A stretch of DNA of 64,000 nt from an uncultured Phycisphaerales bacterium (lineage in GTDB: Bacteria; Planctomycetota; Phycisphaerae; Tepidisphaerales; Tepidisphaeraceae), in NCBI GenBank assembly GCA_963844715.1, contig CAWJPJ010000006.1, forward strand, positions 1,120,001-1,184,000, written 5' to 3'. Shown here piece by piece: positions 45,629 to 56,363 of the stretch (position 1 is the first letter of the stretch; each line of letters starts with the position of its first letter). The notes under the pieces are model-generated. The model searched no databases, had not been told where the DNA came from, and was given only the letters and a program-made list of their open reading frames with translations. A program made the translations under genes and the position numbers.

Positions 45629-46188
45629 TTACTGGGCTTCCTTTCGGAGGATGCACGTCGCGACGATGTCTCCGCCGTTATGCGTGGGATTAAGATAACC
45701 GCCGCCGTGACTGCTTCGCGCGAAACCGCCGATCGTCGCCCAGGTCGCGCTGATTTGCACTTCCAGTCCATCCCCCACCACGACGGTCTGCGGATCTTTG
45801 TAAGCCGTAGCCCCCCCATTGGTTCCCGTGTCAAAGTTGTAGTCGTAGTAGTTGACGGTGTAGTTTCCGATCGTGTAATTCCCCCCGCTGCCGGTGGTCG
45901 TTGTTCCGTGAGGGACCAATCCGGCATTTCCCAGATAGCCGGCGATCACCGCATTACAGCTGGTGGCATTCCCTGTCCCCGACGAGCTTTGCAGAATCCC
46001 GTTTCGGCATCCTTCGCGCGCCGCCCCGTTCATCATGTTTCTGCAATAGAAAAACCAGCTCGCTTCGACGGTGCCGAATGTGAACGCCATCAGAACGATT
46101 CCGCACAGCGCCGTCTCGACCAGCGTACCCCCCCGCCGACGCGCGGCATGCCTTGCTTCCGGCTTACACGATCCCGATATATCTGCAT
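45629..46188 (-). CDS. TadE-like pseudopilin (start uncertain, probable frameshift)
   Basis: Frame extends upstream of the listed ORF: RRRGGTLVETALCGIVLMAFTFG...AAREGCR. Confidence 0.82.
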
Positions 46189-46213
46189 CAGCGATCTCAC
46201 GGCATTCTCCCGG

Positions 46214-46765
46214 TTACGTGCAAAACGCCAAAACCAATACCGTCGCCACCAGCGCCGGGACCGCATACGGCAGCGGCCTCGCCACGCTCTTCATGGATCG
46301 GCCGCTCTCGACCGCATGTTCAATCCCCGTCTCCGGCGCGTAGGCGAATCCCGCCACGATCAGCGCGCTGTTGCGGAACAGCGTCCCAATGCGCCGTTGC
46401 GCCGTCGCCTGGACCAAAACGATCACCAGCCCGACCAGCGCTTCGGCCATGAACACAAGAAAGACCCCTTTGGGTCCGAGCCACGATCCGATTGCGGCCA
46501 AAAGTTTCACGTCCCCCCCGCCCAGGGCGGAGATGGCAAACAGCGCGAATCCGAGCCCTCCACCGACGAAGAGGCCCGAGACTGAATTCCCCAGGCCGGA
46601 CAGTCCGTGCATCCATGACGCACGGGCCACGCCTGCCGTCATCAGGCTCAGCGTCAGCCAGTTGGGAATCCGGCGCCACTTGATATCCGTCCACGCCGCG
46701 GTCACCAGACACGCGATCAGCGGCGCCAGTCGGATCCACATGGCCAGGTTAATGTTCGCACCCAT
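46214..46765 (-). CDS. cpaA: Prepilin peptidase CpaA/TadV (A24 family)
   Basis: AAWTDIKWRRIPNWL; LGGGDVKLLAAIG; LPYAVP. Confidence 0.95.
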   Translation of the reverse strand: MGANINLAMWIRLAPLIACLVTAAWTDIKWRRIPNWLTLSLMTAGVARASWMHGLSGLGNSVSGLFVGGGLGFALFAISALGGGDVKLLAAIGSWLGPKGVFLVFMAEALVGLVIVLVQATAQRRIGTLFRNSALIVAGFAYAPETGIEHAVESGRSMKSVARPLPYAVPALVATVLVLAFCT

Positions 46766-46773
46766 TCAATTTC

Positions 46774-46944
46774 TCACAACGACGAGTTCAGGCTCGACCA
46801 TTTCGCGGCGACTTTTACGCCGACCTTCCCGATCACCGAAATTGCGCCGACGATAATCAGCCCGGCGACCAGGGCGTATTCCAACGTCTCCCCACCCGTC
46901 TCGTCGCGGAACAGCCGCGACAGCACCACTGCCAAACCTCGCAT
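46774..46944 (-). CDS. flp: Flp pilin 1
   Basis: MRGLAVVLSRLFRDETG|GETLEYALVAGLI... 56 aa. Confidence 0.9.
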   Translation of the reverse strand: MRGLAVVLSRLFRDETGGETLEYALVAGLIIVGAISVIGKVGVKVAAKWSSLNSSL

Positions 46945-47019
46945 GACACATCTCCCGAATCCCCCACAAAGCGATCCGGAAGGCTTGGGCCCAAGCCCCG
47001 ATGCCCGGGCCCGAGCCAT

Positions 47020-47190
47020 TTAAAGTGAACTGTTCACCGACGACCATTTCGCGGCGACTTTCGTCCCGATGGCGCCGATGACGGCGAGCGCGGCCACCGT
47101 GATCAATCCCGCGATGAGCACGTACTCGAGGACTTCGCCGCCCTGCTCGTCCGCGATCATCGAACGCAATCGCCCTGAAAACCGTTTCAT
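47020..47190 (-). CDS. flp: Flp pilin 2
   Basis: MKRFSGRLRSMIADEQG|GEVLEYVLIAGLI... 56 aa; AAGGAG SD. Confidence 0.92.
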   Translation of the reverse strand: MKRFSGRLRSMIADEQGGEVLEYVLIAGLITVAALAVIGAIGTKVAAKWSSVNSSL

Positions 47191-47484
47191 GATATTCTCC
47201 TTGATAGCGGCCAAGGTATCTCCGTGCCGCTTCAAAGCTGCTTCTTTCATCGGTTTTACCGGCAAGCTGGTTAACCTTTGCCGGATGCGCCGGATGAAAA
47301 TCAACTTCACCCAAAAGCGAAAGTGGTGGAATCCTCGGCACTGAGTCCGGGCTTCCACCACTTTCGGCTTGCGCGGCATCTGCCGCTGATGGGCTGCTTG
47401 GAACAACACCTTCGGCATGAACGGCGCCGGCCGGTAGCCGCGCCTGTCGTCAGTGTGTCCAATGCTTCGTGCCCGTCGGTTCGC

Positions 47485-47655
47485 TTACATCGAGCTGTTC
47501 AGCGAACTCCACTTGGCAGCGACCTTGGTGCCGACCGAACCAATGACGGTAATGGCGGCGACCACGATCAGACCGGCAATGAGAGCGTATTCCAACACCT
47601 CACCACCCTGCTCATCACGGACAAGCTTACCCACGAGATTCACAATCGCCTTCAT
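47485..47655 (-). CDS. flp: Flp pilin 3
   Basis: MKAIVNLVGKLVRDEQG|GEVLEYALIAGLI... 56 aa; GGAG SD. Confidence 0.92.
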   Translation of the reverse strand: MKAIVNLVGKLVRDEQGGEVLEYALIAGLIVVAAITVIGSVGTKVAAKWSSLNSSM

Positions 47656-47991
47656 AATGTTCTCCCAGTAAGGCGACCCGTTGTTCCGCGTCGGCCCTCG
47701 GCCCTCACAGGCCGGCACCTTCAGCCCCAAACGTCTGTTCGGACTTAACGCGCGCAGGCGTTGTTGCGCCAGAGGCATCGTTACCCATATGTAACGCGCC
47801 TCTCCAAGCCCGGCCGCTGTTGATGACTCGAATAGTCCCCGCATACGGCCGGACCTGCATGCAGGATTCTCATCGTCTGTGAGGAGCCTCCGCTTAACAT
47901 CGAACCGGCAATTTTTGCCGGACGATCCCGCGAGGCAGAAAAGGCAGGAGCATTCCGTTTATCGGACGCAAGAATTCCGATTTTTGACAAG

Positions 47992-49304
47992 CTATTGATC
48001 GGAGGAAAGCTTCACCGGCGTAAGCCGCGGCGCCAGAAGATGGAGGCAAATCACCGCAAGCAGATAAACCGTCCCGGCGATGCAGAACATGATGAGATAG
48101 CTCCCCGTGACCTGTTTGATCCAGCCGCTTCCGTAATTCATGAGAATCCCGCCCACCCCGCCGCAGAATCCCGCCAGTCCGACAACCGATCCGACGGCGC
48201 TTTTGCGAAACATATCGGACGTGAGCGTGAAGATATTGGCCGAGAATCCCTGGTGCGCCGCCGCCGCCAATCCAATTAGTAACGCCGCCGTCCATTTTTG
48301 CGCCACCAGGGGCGCTCCGCAAACGGGAAGCACGGCCACCGCGCAGGTGAACATCGCCGTTTTTCGCGCCGCGTTGGGCGTCCAGCCCCGGCGGATCAGC
48401 GCCGAGGAAAACCACCCCCCCGCCAGCGATCCGACATCCGCCATCACATATATAAGGATAAGCGGACCCGCCAGGCCCTTGAGCTGGACGCCGAATTTGT
48501 CGTAGAAAAATTTACCGGACCAGAAGAGATAGAACCACCAGATCGGATCGGTGAGAAACTTCCCGACCATGATCGCCCAGGTCTGCCGATGGGGGAGCAA
48601 TTCGCGCCAGCGCACCGGCGCTTCGGATGTGATCGGGGTGTCCGCCTGAATCAGCTCCAGCTCGGCGCGATTGACGTGCTTTTCCTCGCCAGGCCGGCGA
48701 TAGATCGTCACCCAGCAGATAATCCAGATCGTCGCCAGGCAGGGTGTGATAAGAAAAGCGGCGGGCCATCCCCAGCGAAGCACCACGATCGGCACCGCCA
48801 GCGGCGCCAGGATCGCCCCGACGTTGGACCCGGCGTTGAATATGCCCGTCGCCGTCGCGCGCTCGCGCTGCGGGAACCATTCCGCGGTGGTTTTGATGGC
48901 CGCGGGAAAGTTACCGGACTCGCCGAGCCCGAGCAGAAATCGGCAAAGACCGAACTGAAACGCCGTTCGCGCAGCGCATGAGTCGCCGACGCCAGTGTCC
49001 AGAACGACAGCGCGATTGCGTAACCCAGCCGGGTCCCGACCGCGTCGATCAACCGACCCATGAAGATGAAACCCAGCGCGTACGCGGCGTTAAACGCCGC
49101 GTTGATTGCGCCGAATTCTTCGTCGGTCCAATGGATCTTCTGCTGGAGCGTGGGGGCCAAAACGCCCAGGATGCTCCGGTCGACGTAGTTGACCGTCGTG
49201 GCGTAGAACAGCAAGCCGCAGATGACCCAACGGAAGCGCGTCGGACGGTCGGGCTGATGCGCCGACGGCGTCTGCGCTGTCGTCAAACCAGTCTGAGCCG
49301 CCAT
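47992..49304 (-). CDS. MFS transporter, ExuT/hexuronate (ACS) type (frameshifted)
   Basis: FRWVICGLLFYATTVNYVDRSILGVL; GKFLTDPIWWFYLFW; AAAAHQGFSAN. Confidence 0.9.
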
Positions 49305-49362
49305 GACGCCTCGCTCCGCGACGAACTTACCCCCCGACCGCTTTATGGTAAGCGGTTGCGGA

Positions 49363-49378
49363 TTGGCACGCCAGTGGC
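49363..49378 (+). promoter_or_regulatory. Candidate sigma54 site pointing into the palindromic element
   Basis: TTGGCACGCCAGTGGC, GG-N10-GC with perfect TGGCACG. Confidence 0.35.
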
Positions 49379-49381
49379 GTA

Positions 49382-49660
49382 TAGAGCAACTTCATCTGTT
49401 TTGTAGCGTCTGCGTTGCGTCCAGACGGGCCGGGCGCTAGGCAGAGCGACGAGTCATATCAGGTGAAGCGATATGGCGAGGAGCGATAACGCCGCGAACG
49501 GCCCGTCTGGACGCAACCCGGAGGGTCGTCGCCTTTTGCGGCCCATGCGTCGTTGCTCCTTCTCGCCGTATCGTTTCACCTGATACGACTCGTCGTCGCG
49601 CCTAGCCTGTGCCGCAAAAGGCGGCGACGCAGACGCTACAAAACAGATGAAGCTGCTCTA
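49382..49660. mobile_element. 279-bp non-coding MITE-like palindromic element with TA ends
   Basis: 34-bp terminal inverted repeats (33/34 identical) starting TAGAGC; three further internal inverted-repeat pairs. Confidence 0.75.
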
Positions 49661-49934
49661 ATCCCCAATTCGGGAAGCGACATGCACGGCGCATTCCGAG
49701 GCGGCGGGGCGTTTAGCCCGCGCCGCGCTCGGATTGTCCGTTACGCCGCCTTGGTTCGGCAAGCACGCCGCGGAACCGCCTTTCGGCGGGCGCGACTTCC
49801 CTGCGATGTGAAACAAAGACAACCGCAACTTCGGGGACTGCACCGATCACGCTTTCGGCATTGAATGCCGATCAGCCCCGCGTGCCGGCGCAGTCGCGCC
49901 GTCCACAATCCGGTCGCCTCTGAACTGCCTGCTA

Positions 49935-50105
49935 TTACAGGCTGCTGTTCAGCGAGTTCCATCGCGCAAGGACCTTGCCGCCGACGCCACCGATGGTCAG
50001 GATAGCCAGGACGACGATCAGGCCGGCAACCAGTGCGTATTCCAGCACTTCGCCGCCCTCTTCACTGCACCACATGCTCACAACAAGATTCCGAAAGCCT
50101 TTCAT
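49935..50105 (-). CDS. flp: Flp pilin 4 (absent from the ORF track)
   Basis: Hand translation MKGFRNLVVSMWCSEEG|GEVLEYALVAGLIVVLAILTIGGVGGKVLARWNSLNSSL*; AAGGAGG SD. Confidence 0.9.
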   Translation of the reverse strand: MKGFRNLVVSMWCSEEGGEVLEYALVAGLIVVLAILTIGGVGGKVLARWNSLNSSL

Positions 50106-50414
50106 AAGGCCCTCCTTATAGAGACTACAACTTCAATACAATTCGGATCGCCCGTCTCTAAAACGTCCTATTGTCTACAAGTTGCGCGGCTGCAAAGGGC
50201 CGCGGTTCCCACTGCTGACGCCGCAAGGGCGCCGGCATTTTCTTAGACCTGTCGTCTCAATATTCACCACGTTTTTACCCCCGTCAAATCAGCCCGACCG
50301 TTTGGAATCGTGGGTAAACATTGAGTTTATGCACGCCTTGCACCGCACCGACGACACAAATAGTTGTATTCGCTACATTCGATATAGACGCTTCGCATGC
50401 CGTGATATGGCGGC

Positions 50415-50579
50415 TTACTGCATGCCGCTGTTCAGCGAGGTCCAGTCCGCGCTGACCTTGCTGCCCACGCCGATGATGATCACCAGCGCCCCCACCACGA
50501 TCAACCCGGCGACGATCGCGTATTCCAGAACTTCGCCGCCCTGGTCGTCGCGAACCAGGCGCGTAAGCAATTGTTTCAT
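50415..50579 (-). CDS. flp: Flp pilin 5
   Basis: MKQLLTRLVRDDQG|GEVLEYAIVAGLIVVGALV... 54 aa. Confidence 0.9.
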   Translation of the reverse strand: MKQLLTRLVRDDQGGEVLEYAIVAGLIVVGALVIIIGVGSKVSADWTSLNSGMQ

Positions 50580-50812
50580 CACGATGCACCTCTTCCCTCG
50601 ACAGCGCGAAGATGGATGGCCCCGTACTCCAGCACGCCGAGTATTCACCAGATTCCCGCTAAATCAACGGCGTATTCCGCCGCCGGCGTCCCTTTGGCCC
50701 GCGTGGGAGTCCGCGGAATCTGGCATATCCGGGTCAGACGGATTAAACCCACTCAAATTGGGTGCTATAACTATCTTTCGAGTAGAATGCCGTTAAAGCA
50801 AAGGACTCAAAA

Positions 50813-51859
50813 ATGAACTTGCCAACCCCGCTTCTTGCCGACGGCGATATGCCGACTTTCCTGATCATCTGCGCCGTCGCCGGCATCATCGTCTTCCTGG
50901 TGCTCTTTGCGATCATGGCGCAATTCGTGGGGCTGTACATCCGCGCCCGCGTCAGCGGCGCGCCCGTGGGATGGTTCGAACTCCTCGGCATGCGCTTCCG
51001 GAAAGTCAACGCCTTGGTCATCGTCAACAGCCGCATCCAGGCGAGCCGCGCCGGACTTGAAATCAGCCAGGCGGAAATGGAAAGCCATCTTCTCGCCGGC
51101 GGCGACGTCCCCCGCGTCATCAACGCGATGATCGCCGCCAGCAAGGCGGGCATCGAACTCCCCTGGCGGATCGCCACCGCGATCGATCTCGCGGGCCGCG
51201 ATATTCTCGGCGCCGTTCAGACCAGCGTGAATCCCAAAGTCATCGACGTGCCTAATCCGCAATTCGGACAGCCGACCATCGACGGCGTCTCCAAGGACGG
51301 CATCCAACTCAAAGTCAAAGCGCGCGTCACCGTGCGCACCAACATTCGCTCACTGGTCGGCGGGGCGACGGAGGAAACCGTCGTGGCCCGCGTAGGCGAA
51401 GGCATCGTGAACGCCATCGGCTCCGCCGATGACTACAAACACGTTCTGCAAAACCCCGACAACATCTCCAAGGCGGTTCTGGGCAAAGGCCTCGACGCCA
51501 ACACGGCGTTCGAGATTCTTTCCATCGACATCGCGGAGATCACCGTTGGCACCAACATCGGCGCCAAGCTCGCCGCCGACCGCGCCGACTCCGACACCCG
51601 GCGTTTCCAGGCCGAGGCCGAGCAGCGCCGCGCCATGGCCATCGCTCAGGAACGCGAAAACGTCGCGAAACAAGCCGAGAACCGCGCCCAGGTCGTGCTC
51701 GCCGAAGCGGAAATCCCCAAAGCCATCGCCGAGGCACTCCGCAGCGGAAATCTCGGCGTCATGGACTATTACAAATTCCAAAATATCCAAGCCGACACCG
51801 CCATGCGGGAATCCATTGCCAAGCCCCCCGAGGCCCCAACGAACAAACCCGAAACCTAA
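50813..51859 (+). CDS. floA: Flotillin-like protein FloA (YqfA/UPF0365)
   Basis: [17 protein letters not shown]...[52 protein letters not shown]. Confidence 0.95.
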   Translation: MNLPTPLLADGDMPTFLIICAVAGIIVFLVLFAIMAQFVGLYIRARVSGAPVGWFELLGMRFRKVNALVIVNSRIQASRAGLEISQAEMESHLLAGGDVPRVINAMIAASKAGIELPWRIATAIDLAGRDILGAVQTSVNPKVIDVPNPQFGQPTIDGVSKDGIQLKVKARVTVRTNIRSLVGGATEETVVARVGEGIVNAIGSADDYKHVLQNPDNISKAVLGKGLDANTAFEILSIDIAEITVGTNIGAKLAADRADSDTRRFQAEAEQRRAMAIAQERENVAKQAENRAQVVLAEAEIPKAIAEALRSGNLGVMDYYKFQNIQADTAMRESIAKPPEAPTNKPET

Positions 51860-51910
51860 TCGCAATAATATTTAGCGGCGGAGCGCAGCGCCGCGAGGAT
51901 TGAACTTCTC

Positions 51911-52234
51911 ATGGAAATCCTGATCCGAGCAATCATCGAGCAGATGGCCAAGAATAAATCCGGTCCTGCGGCTCCGCGCGGCGATCCGCATCTGACCCCC
52001 AAGCCGCCACCGCGCGTTCGCCGTCCTGGCGTCAATCCCGGCGCCCGGCCGGCTCCACCTCCGCTCCCCCCGACGCCCGCTCGCGCGGCCGTGAAGCCCG
52101 CGCCGCCGCCCGCTCCGCGCCCTCAATTGACCGGCAACAGAATCCGCCAGCTTCTCCACTCGCGCCCGGCGACGATGCGCACGATCTTCGTCTTGTCTGA
52201 AGTCCTGCAACCCCCCATAAGCCTTCGCCGTTGA
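51911..52234 (+). CDS. Small Pro-rich protein (YqfB-like position)
   Basis: Follows floA; C-terminal RTIFVLSEVLQPPISLR motif. Confidence 0.6.
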   Translation: MEILIRAIIEQMAKNKSGPAAPRGDPHLTPKPPPRVRRPGVNPGARPAPPPLPPTPARAAVKPAPPPAPRPQLTGNRIRQLLHSRPATMRTIFVLSEVLQPPISLRR

Positions 52235-52236
52235 AA

Positions 52237-53526
52237 TCAAAGATCGGCAAACAGCCCTTCAGCGATGAAGTGTCCCTCGGCAACGCCCGGCGGACATGCG
52301 AACACGCCGCTGGCCGTATGCGTCAGGAATTGATTGAGCATGTCGATCTTCGACATCTGCTGGAAGATTTTTACAAACCCTGTACGCACATCCCGCTGGT
52401 AGCAAAGGAAAAATAATCCCGCATCGTATTCCATTCCCTGCCGCCAAGGCGGCCAGCGCTCGGAAGTGAAGTTGACGCCGTCATTGTACGAATAAGGCCG
52501 CCGAAGGATGCGGGCGCCGTCGTTGCTCGCGGGCATCCCCAGCCGCACATGGGCGTTATCCGGCACGATCGGATTTCCATCGCCGTCCACGGCATTCAGA
52601 TCGACCGCGTCGAATTCATTTTTTTCGCCCAGCCCCGCTCCGGAATATTTTTTTCTTCCGATGGTCTGCTCCTGAAACGCCACCGGCATCCGGTCCCAAT
52701 GCTCCAGCGCCATCCGAATGCGGCGTACGACGGCATACGTCCCGCCTTGCATCCACCCGGGCCCTTCTCGTCCCGACCAAATGAACTTGTCCATCAGCGC
52801 CGCGTCGTCCACCGAAGGATTCCCCGTTCCATCCTTAAATCCCATCAGATTGCGCGGCGTTTCGCCAGCGCCATACTCGGGAAGGAACCCGCTCTGGGCC
52901 CATCGAACTTCCGCCACACCATAGGCAAGCCGCGCCAATTGCCTGACCGCATGGAATGCGACCTGGGGATCGTCGGCACAAGCCTGCACCGAAAGATCCC
53001 CCCCGCTTCGAGCCGCCACGAGTTGATCGCCGTTGAATCGCGGAAGATCGATCAAAGCCGCGGGTCTGCGGGCGGCAAGTCCGAACCGATCCTTGCCGTC
53101 CTTAACGAATATTCCCGCTCCCAGCCCAAACGTCAGCGTAAGTCTCGCCGGCGACAGACCGACGGCTTCGCCTGAATCCGCCGCCGGAACCGAAAGGTCT
53201 TTATTCATCGCTTCCGCCGGTTGACCCGCAGCGAGCCGCGCCGCGGCAGCCGTCCAGCGACGAAAGAGATCCACCAGATCCTTGCGATTGCCGGCGCTGA
53301 CATCAAACGCCGCAAAATAAGTGTGCCGCTGCGCGGGGGTGAGAATTCCCGCCTGATGATTCCCCCAAAACGGAACCGTTGGATCGGAAGATGCGATCGG
53401 CGCGCGAGAGGTCACCCCCGTTGACTCCGCCAACGCCGACGCGCCGGCCGCCGCAAGGGCCCCGCCCGTGATGGCGAGGAACCGCCTCCGGCTCACCGCC
53501 AGTTTTTTTGATTCGTCGCCGCTCAT
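52237..53526 (-). CDS. efeB: Tat-exported Dyp-type peroxidase (EfeB-like)
   Basis: SRRRFL Tat motif; HQAGILTP; GGDLSVQACADD; RNLMGFKDGTGN; AHVRL; ILRRPYSY. Confidence 0.9.
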   Translation of the reverse strand: MSGDESKKLAVSRRRFLAITGGALAAAGASALAESTGVTSRAPIASSDPTVPFWGNHQAGILTPAQRHTYFAAFDVSAGNRKDLVDLFRRWTAAAARLAAGQPAEAMNKDLSVPAADSGEAVGLSPARLTLTFGLGAGIFVKDGKDRFGLAARRPAALIDLPRFNGDQLVAARSGGDLSVQACADDPQVAFHAVRQLARLAYGVAEVRWAQSGFLPEYGAGETPRNLMGFKDGTGNPSVDDAALMDKFIWSGREGPGWMQGGTYAVVRRIRMALEHWDRMPVAFQEQTIGRKKYSGAGLGEKNEFDAVDLNAVDGDGNPIVPDNAHVRLGMPASNDGARILRRPYSYNDGVNFTSERWPPWRQGMEYDAGLFFLCYQRDVRTGFVKIFQQMSKIDMLNQFLTHTASGVFACPPGVAEGHFIAEGLFADL

Positions 53527-54676
53527 TTCGCCTCGACCAGCGTGTTCATGTCGTCCTCAACATAATAGAACCCTTTGCCGTCCGGCGCAACCGCGAGCCC
53601 AAAGAGGTCGCCGTTCCCCGGCGGAGATTGCACCTGGTCGGTATCGACCCACTGCGGCACAAAGTTGCCGCCCTTGCACAGGATCAATTTCGACAACCTG
53701 TCCATTCTGCCGCATTGCACGTAAGCAGGTGGCCGTTAGCGGCCATTACCAGGGCCAGCGGCCTCCGCAGCAATCCGCCTTGGGTTACAACCCGGCCGGT
53801 TCCCGCGCTATCCGTGCGCGTCGCCGCATCGGCGATCGCGACGATCCGATTCCCAATCGCATCCGAAACGAACAGCGTACCATCCGGCCCGAGCGCCAGT
53901 CCGGTAGGTCCAACCAAAAACGCATCTTTGTCCGCGCGGGCACCAAAACCGTCCGCGATAACCGTCTGGCTCACGATCATCGGCGGCTTCCCGTCCGGGA
54001 TCGACAGCTCAAGCCGCAGCACCGTCGCGCGATTGACGACGATCGGATCGCCCGTCTTTGGATCGCACACCTCCGGCCCCGGCACGCCGAATCCGGCCAT
54101 GCTGACAAATAACGTCGCGGTGGAACCGTGATCGATGAGCGCGACGTTTCCCCACGGCCCGTTGATATTGGGTCCGCTCCAGACCGTGTTCAGTTGCCCA
54201 TTCGAGTCCAGCACGATCAATCCCCCGTCGCCTTTCGTGCGCGTGGTGCCGTCCGTGCTTGGCATGCTGCCGACGATGATCCATCCGCTTTTCAGCATCA
54301 CCATCGCGGTAGTCAGCCCCACTCCCCCGGGACACCCGGCCAGATTTCGAGGAAGCGACGCAAACAAGCTGGTCTTTCGAGTCGAGGGATCGTAGTCGAC
54401 GATCGTGGTGCCGGTTCCCTGAAGATTCGAAAGGTTATTGAAGTTGTCCACCAGAACGTCCCCCTGGTGAATGCGGCCTGCGGAGATCGGGGCGACAACG
54501 ACCGCGTACGGATTCGTATCGCCGTTGTCGCCGACTGTCGAAGTCCGGGTCACGTGGTGGTGGGTGCCCTGAAGCAACGCCGAAGGCTCGTCGCCCAACG
54601 CCGCGCACCCAGGAATTGCCGCCGCAACCATCGCCGCCAGAATTGCGGCCGCTCGATGAATGTTTTTATGGATCAT
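53523..54676 (-). CDS. Secreted beta-propeller (NHL-like) protein (frameshifted)
   Basis: Signal peptide; NGDTNPYAV; NGPWG; GPTGLALGPDGTLFVSD; GDLFGLAVAPDGKGFYYV. Confidence 0.8.
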
Positions 54677-54689
54677 GGCGCCCTCGAGT

Positions 54690-56156
54690 TCAAAAAGTAA
54701 TGATAGCGCGCACACCGAGAACCGCCTCGTTTTTAATGCGCTGATCGGGGGCGTTCGGATTCAGAATACCGGCGCCGGATTGAAGACGTACTGAAAATCC
54801 GGCTGCAATTGCCACCACGGCGTAACCTGATATTGGTAAGTCAGTTCCAGAAACGTCTCCTGCGTCCGGACGGGAAAAAACGTCGTTGAACCGGCCGCGG
54901 TGTCCTGATCGAGCGCCGAGACGCTTCCGCTTACTTTCGCGTACCCCATGCCGAAGCCCGCGGTATCGTCATCGCGGTGCGGCAAAGGATTGTGCATCGT
55001 CAGCCCCAGGTTGAGACTGAAGTCGATCAAGTTGCGATCCGACTGCGGCGTTCCCATCGCGCGCGTAAAGAAACTGACGTTTCGACCGGGATCGTCGTCC
55101 GAAGCCCAAAGCATTTGATCGATCACGCCGTAGACTCCCCAGTCCCCCGCATGCTGCATCGGAATCCCCGTCGTCCCAATCGAGGCGAGGGAATTCCCCT
55201 CGTTGTCGAAATGCTGATCGCTGAAATCTTCGCTGTCGTACCAAAACCCCAGCCGATACACGCCCGCGAGCGGCTGCGGTTGATCCGCATACACCATCCC
55301 GCCTGAGGGCGGATTAGCGAATTGAATTTCCGCGATCGCGAGAATCCGGCCATTGAGCGGGAAGCTCGTCCCCGACGAATTCTGCCGCCTGGGGATCGCC
55401 GGCGTTAAAGGAATTGTTTTCGACGGGACTGCCGTTGAAGACGCCCGCCAGCACGGTAATGGAATCCGTGGGCCGGGCCGCGACGCGCACCCCCAGCGCT
55501 GACAACGGATACGCCGGCCCCCCGCCGGGCAAATCCGCCGATGGAACCATCGGCCAGCCGAACATCGTGTTCACGAAAAGCAGGGCGTTCTGGCTCACCA
55601 TGAATTCCTGATCCAGGCTCTGCTGCCCGATCTTGATGTCGAGCCGGTCTTCGTCCAGAAGTTCCTGCTGATACCACAATTCCCAAAGCCGCGTCGACGG
55701 GTCCGCTTCGATGCCGCTGGCGGTTTGAAGGGTGAACAGATTGTCGGCGCTCAAGTTTTTACCGTGAATCTGCAACCCGCTGACATTAAAAGTTCCGCCA
55801 TGGAGCCCAAAGGCGCGTTGCGTGTCCAGGCGCAGAGCCATCTGGGTTAGGCCATCGTATTCAAAACCCGTCTTCACGCCGCCGCTGACGTTGCCGAGCA
55901 CTTCGCTGGTTTCCGAGAGGCTGAGGTCCATCCCGTATTTGCTGAGCAGTTCACGGAACCCGAACATGTCCCCCAGGAGATTGCTGCTTCGGGAAAGTCC
56001 CGAAAGCCATCCCGAGCTGGTCGAGGTTTCCGCGGGCTCAGTCGTCGCGGTCGGAGTTACCGACTCCGGCTCCATGACCGGCGGGGACGCCGGACAAGAA
56101 TCCACCAGCACAACCATCACCCCTGCCATGAAAATAAATATGCCGACTCGACCCAT
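54690..56156 (-). CDS. OprB family carbohydrate-selective porin (frameshifted)
   Basis: NLLGDMFG; RLWELWYQQ; IKIGQQSLDQEF; GGPAYPLSALG; ELTYQYQVTPWWQLQPDFQY; alternate frame ends VLGVRAIITF*. Confidence 0.92.
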
Positions 56157-56363
56157 CGAATGCCCTGGCGGTGACACAGTGATCGCTCCTTCTCGGAAAA
56201 TCAGGCAAAGATCAGGTAGCGAGCACCCGAATCGCGCTTGCGAAAGACCATTCCGGGCGGAATAATCCGTGCAGCGGCGATCGATTCCGGTTGTCGCGCC
56301 ATCGGGCGATCAGGCGACTTTTCCAGAGGCTCCTGATTGCCCGCTTTTTTATCTATATACCAA

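Noticed and set aside
49700..50400. Possible c-di-GMP riboswitch near pilin genes
   Set aside because: GC-rich hairpins are present, but the GGCAAAC...GAAA...GGACGCAAAG arrangement was not found
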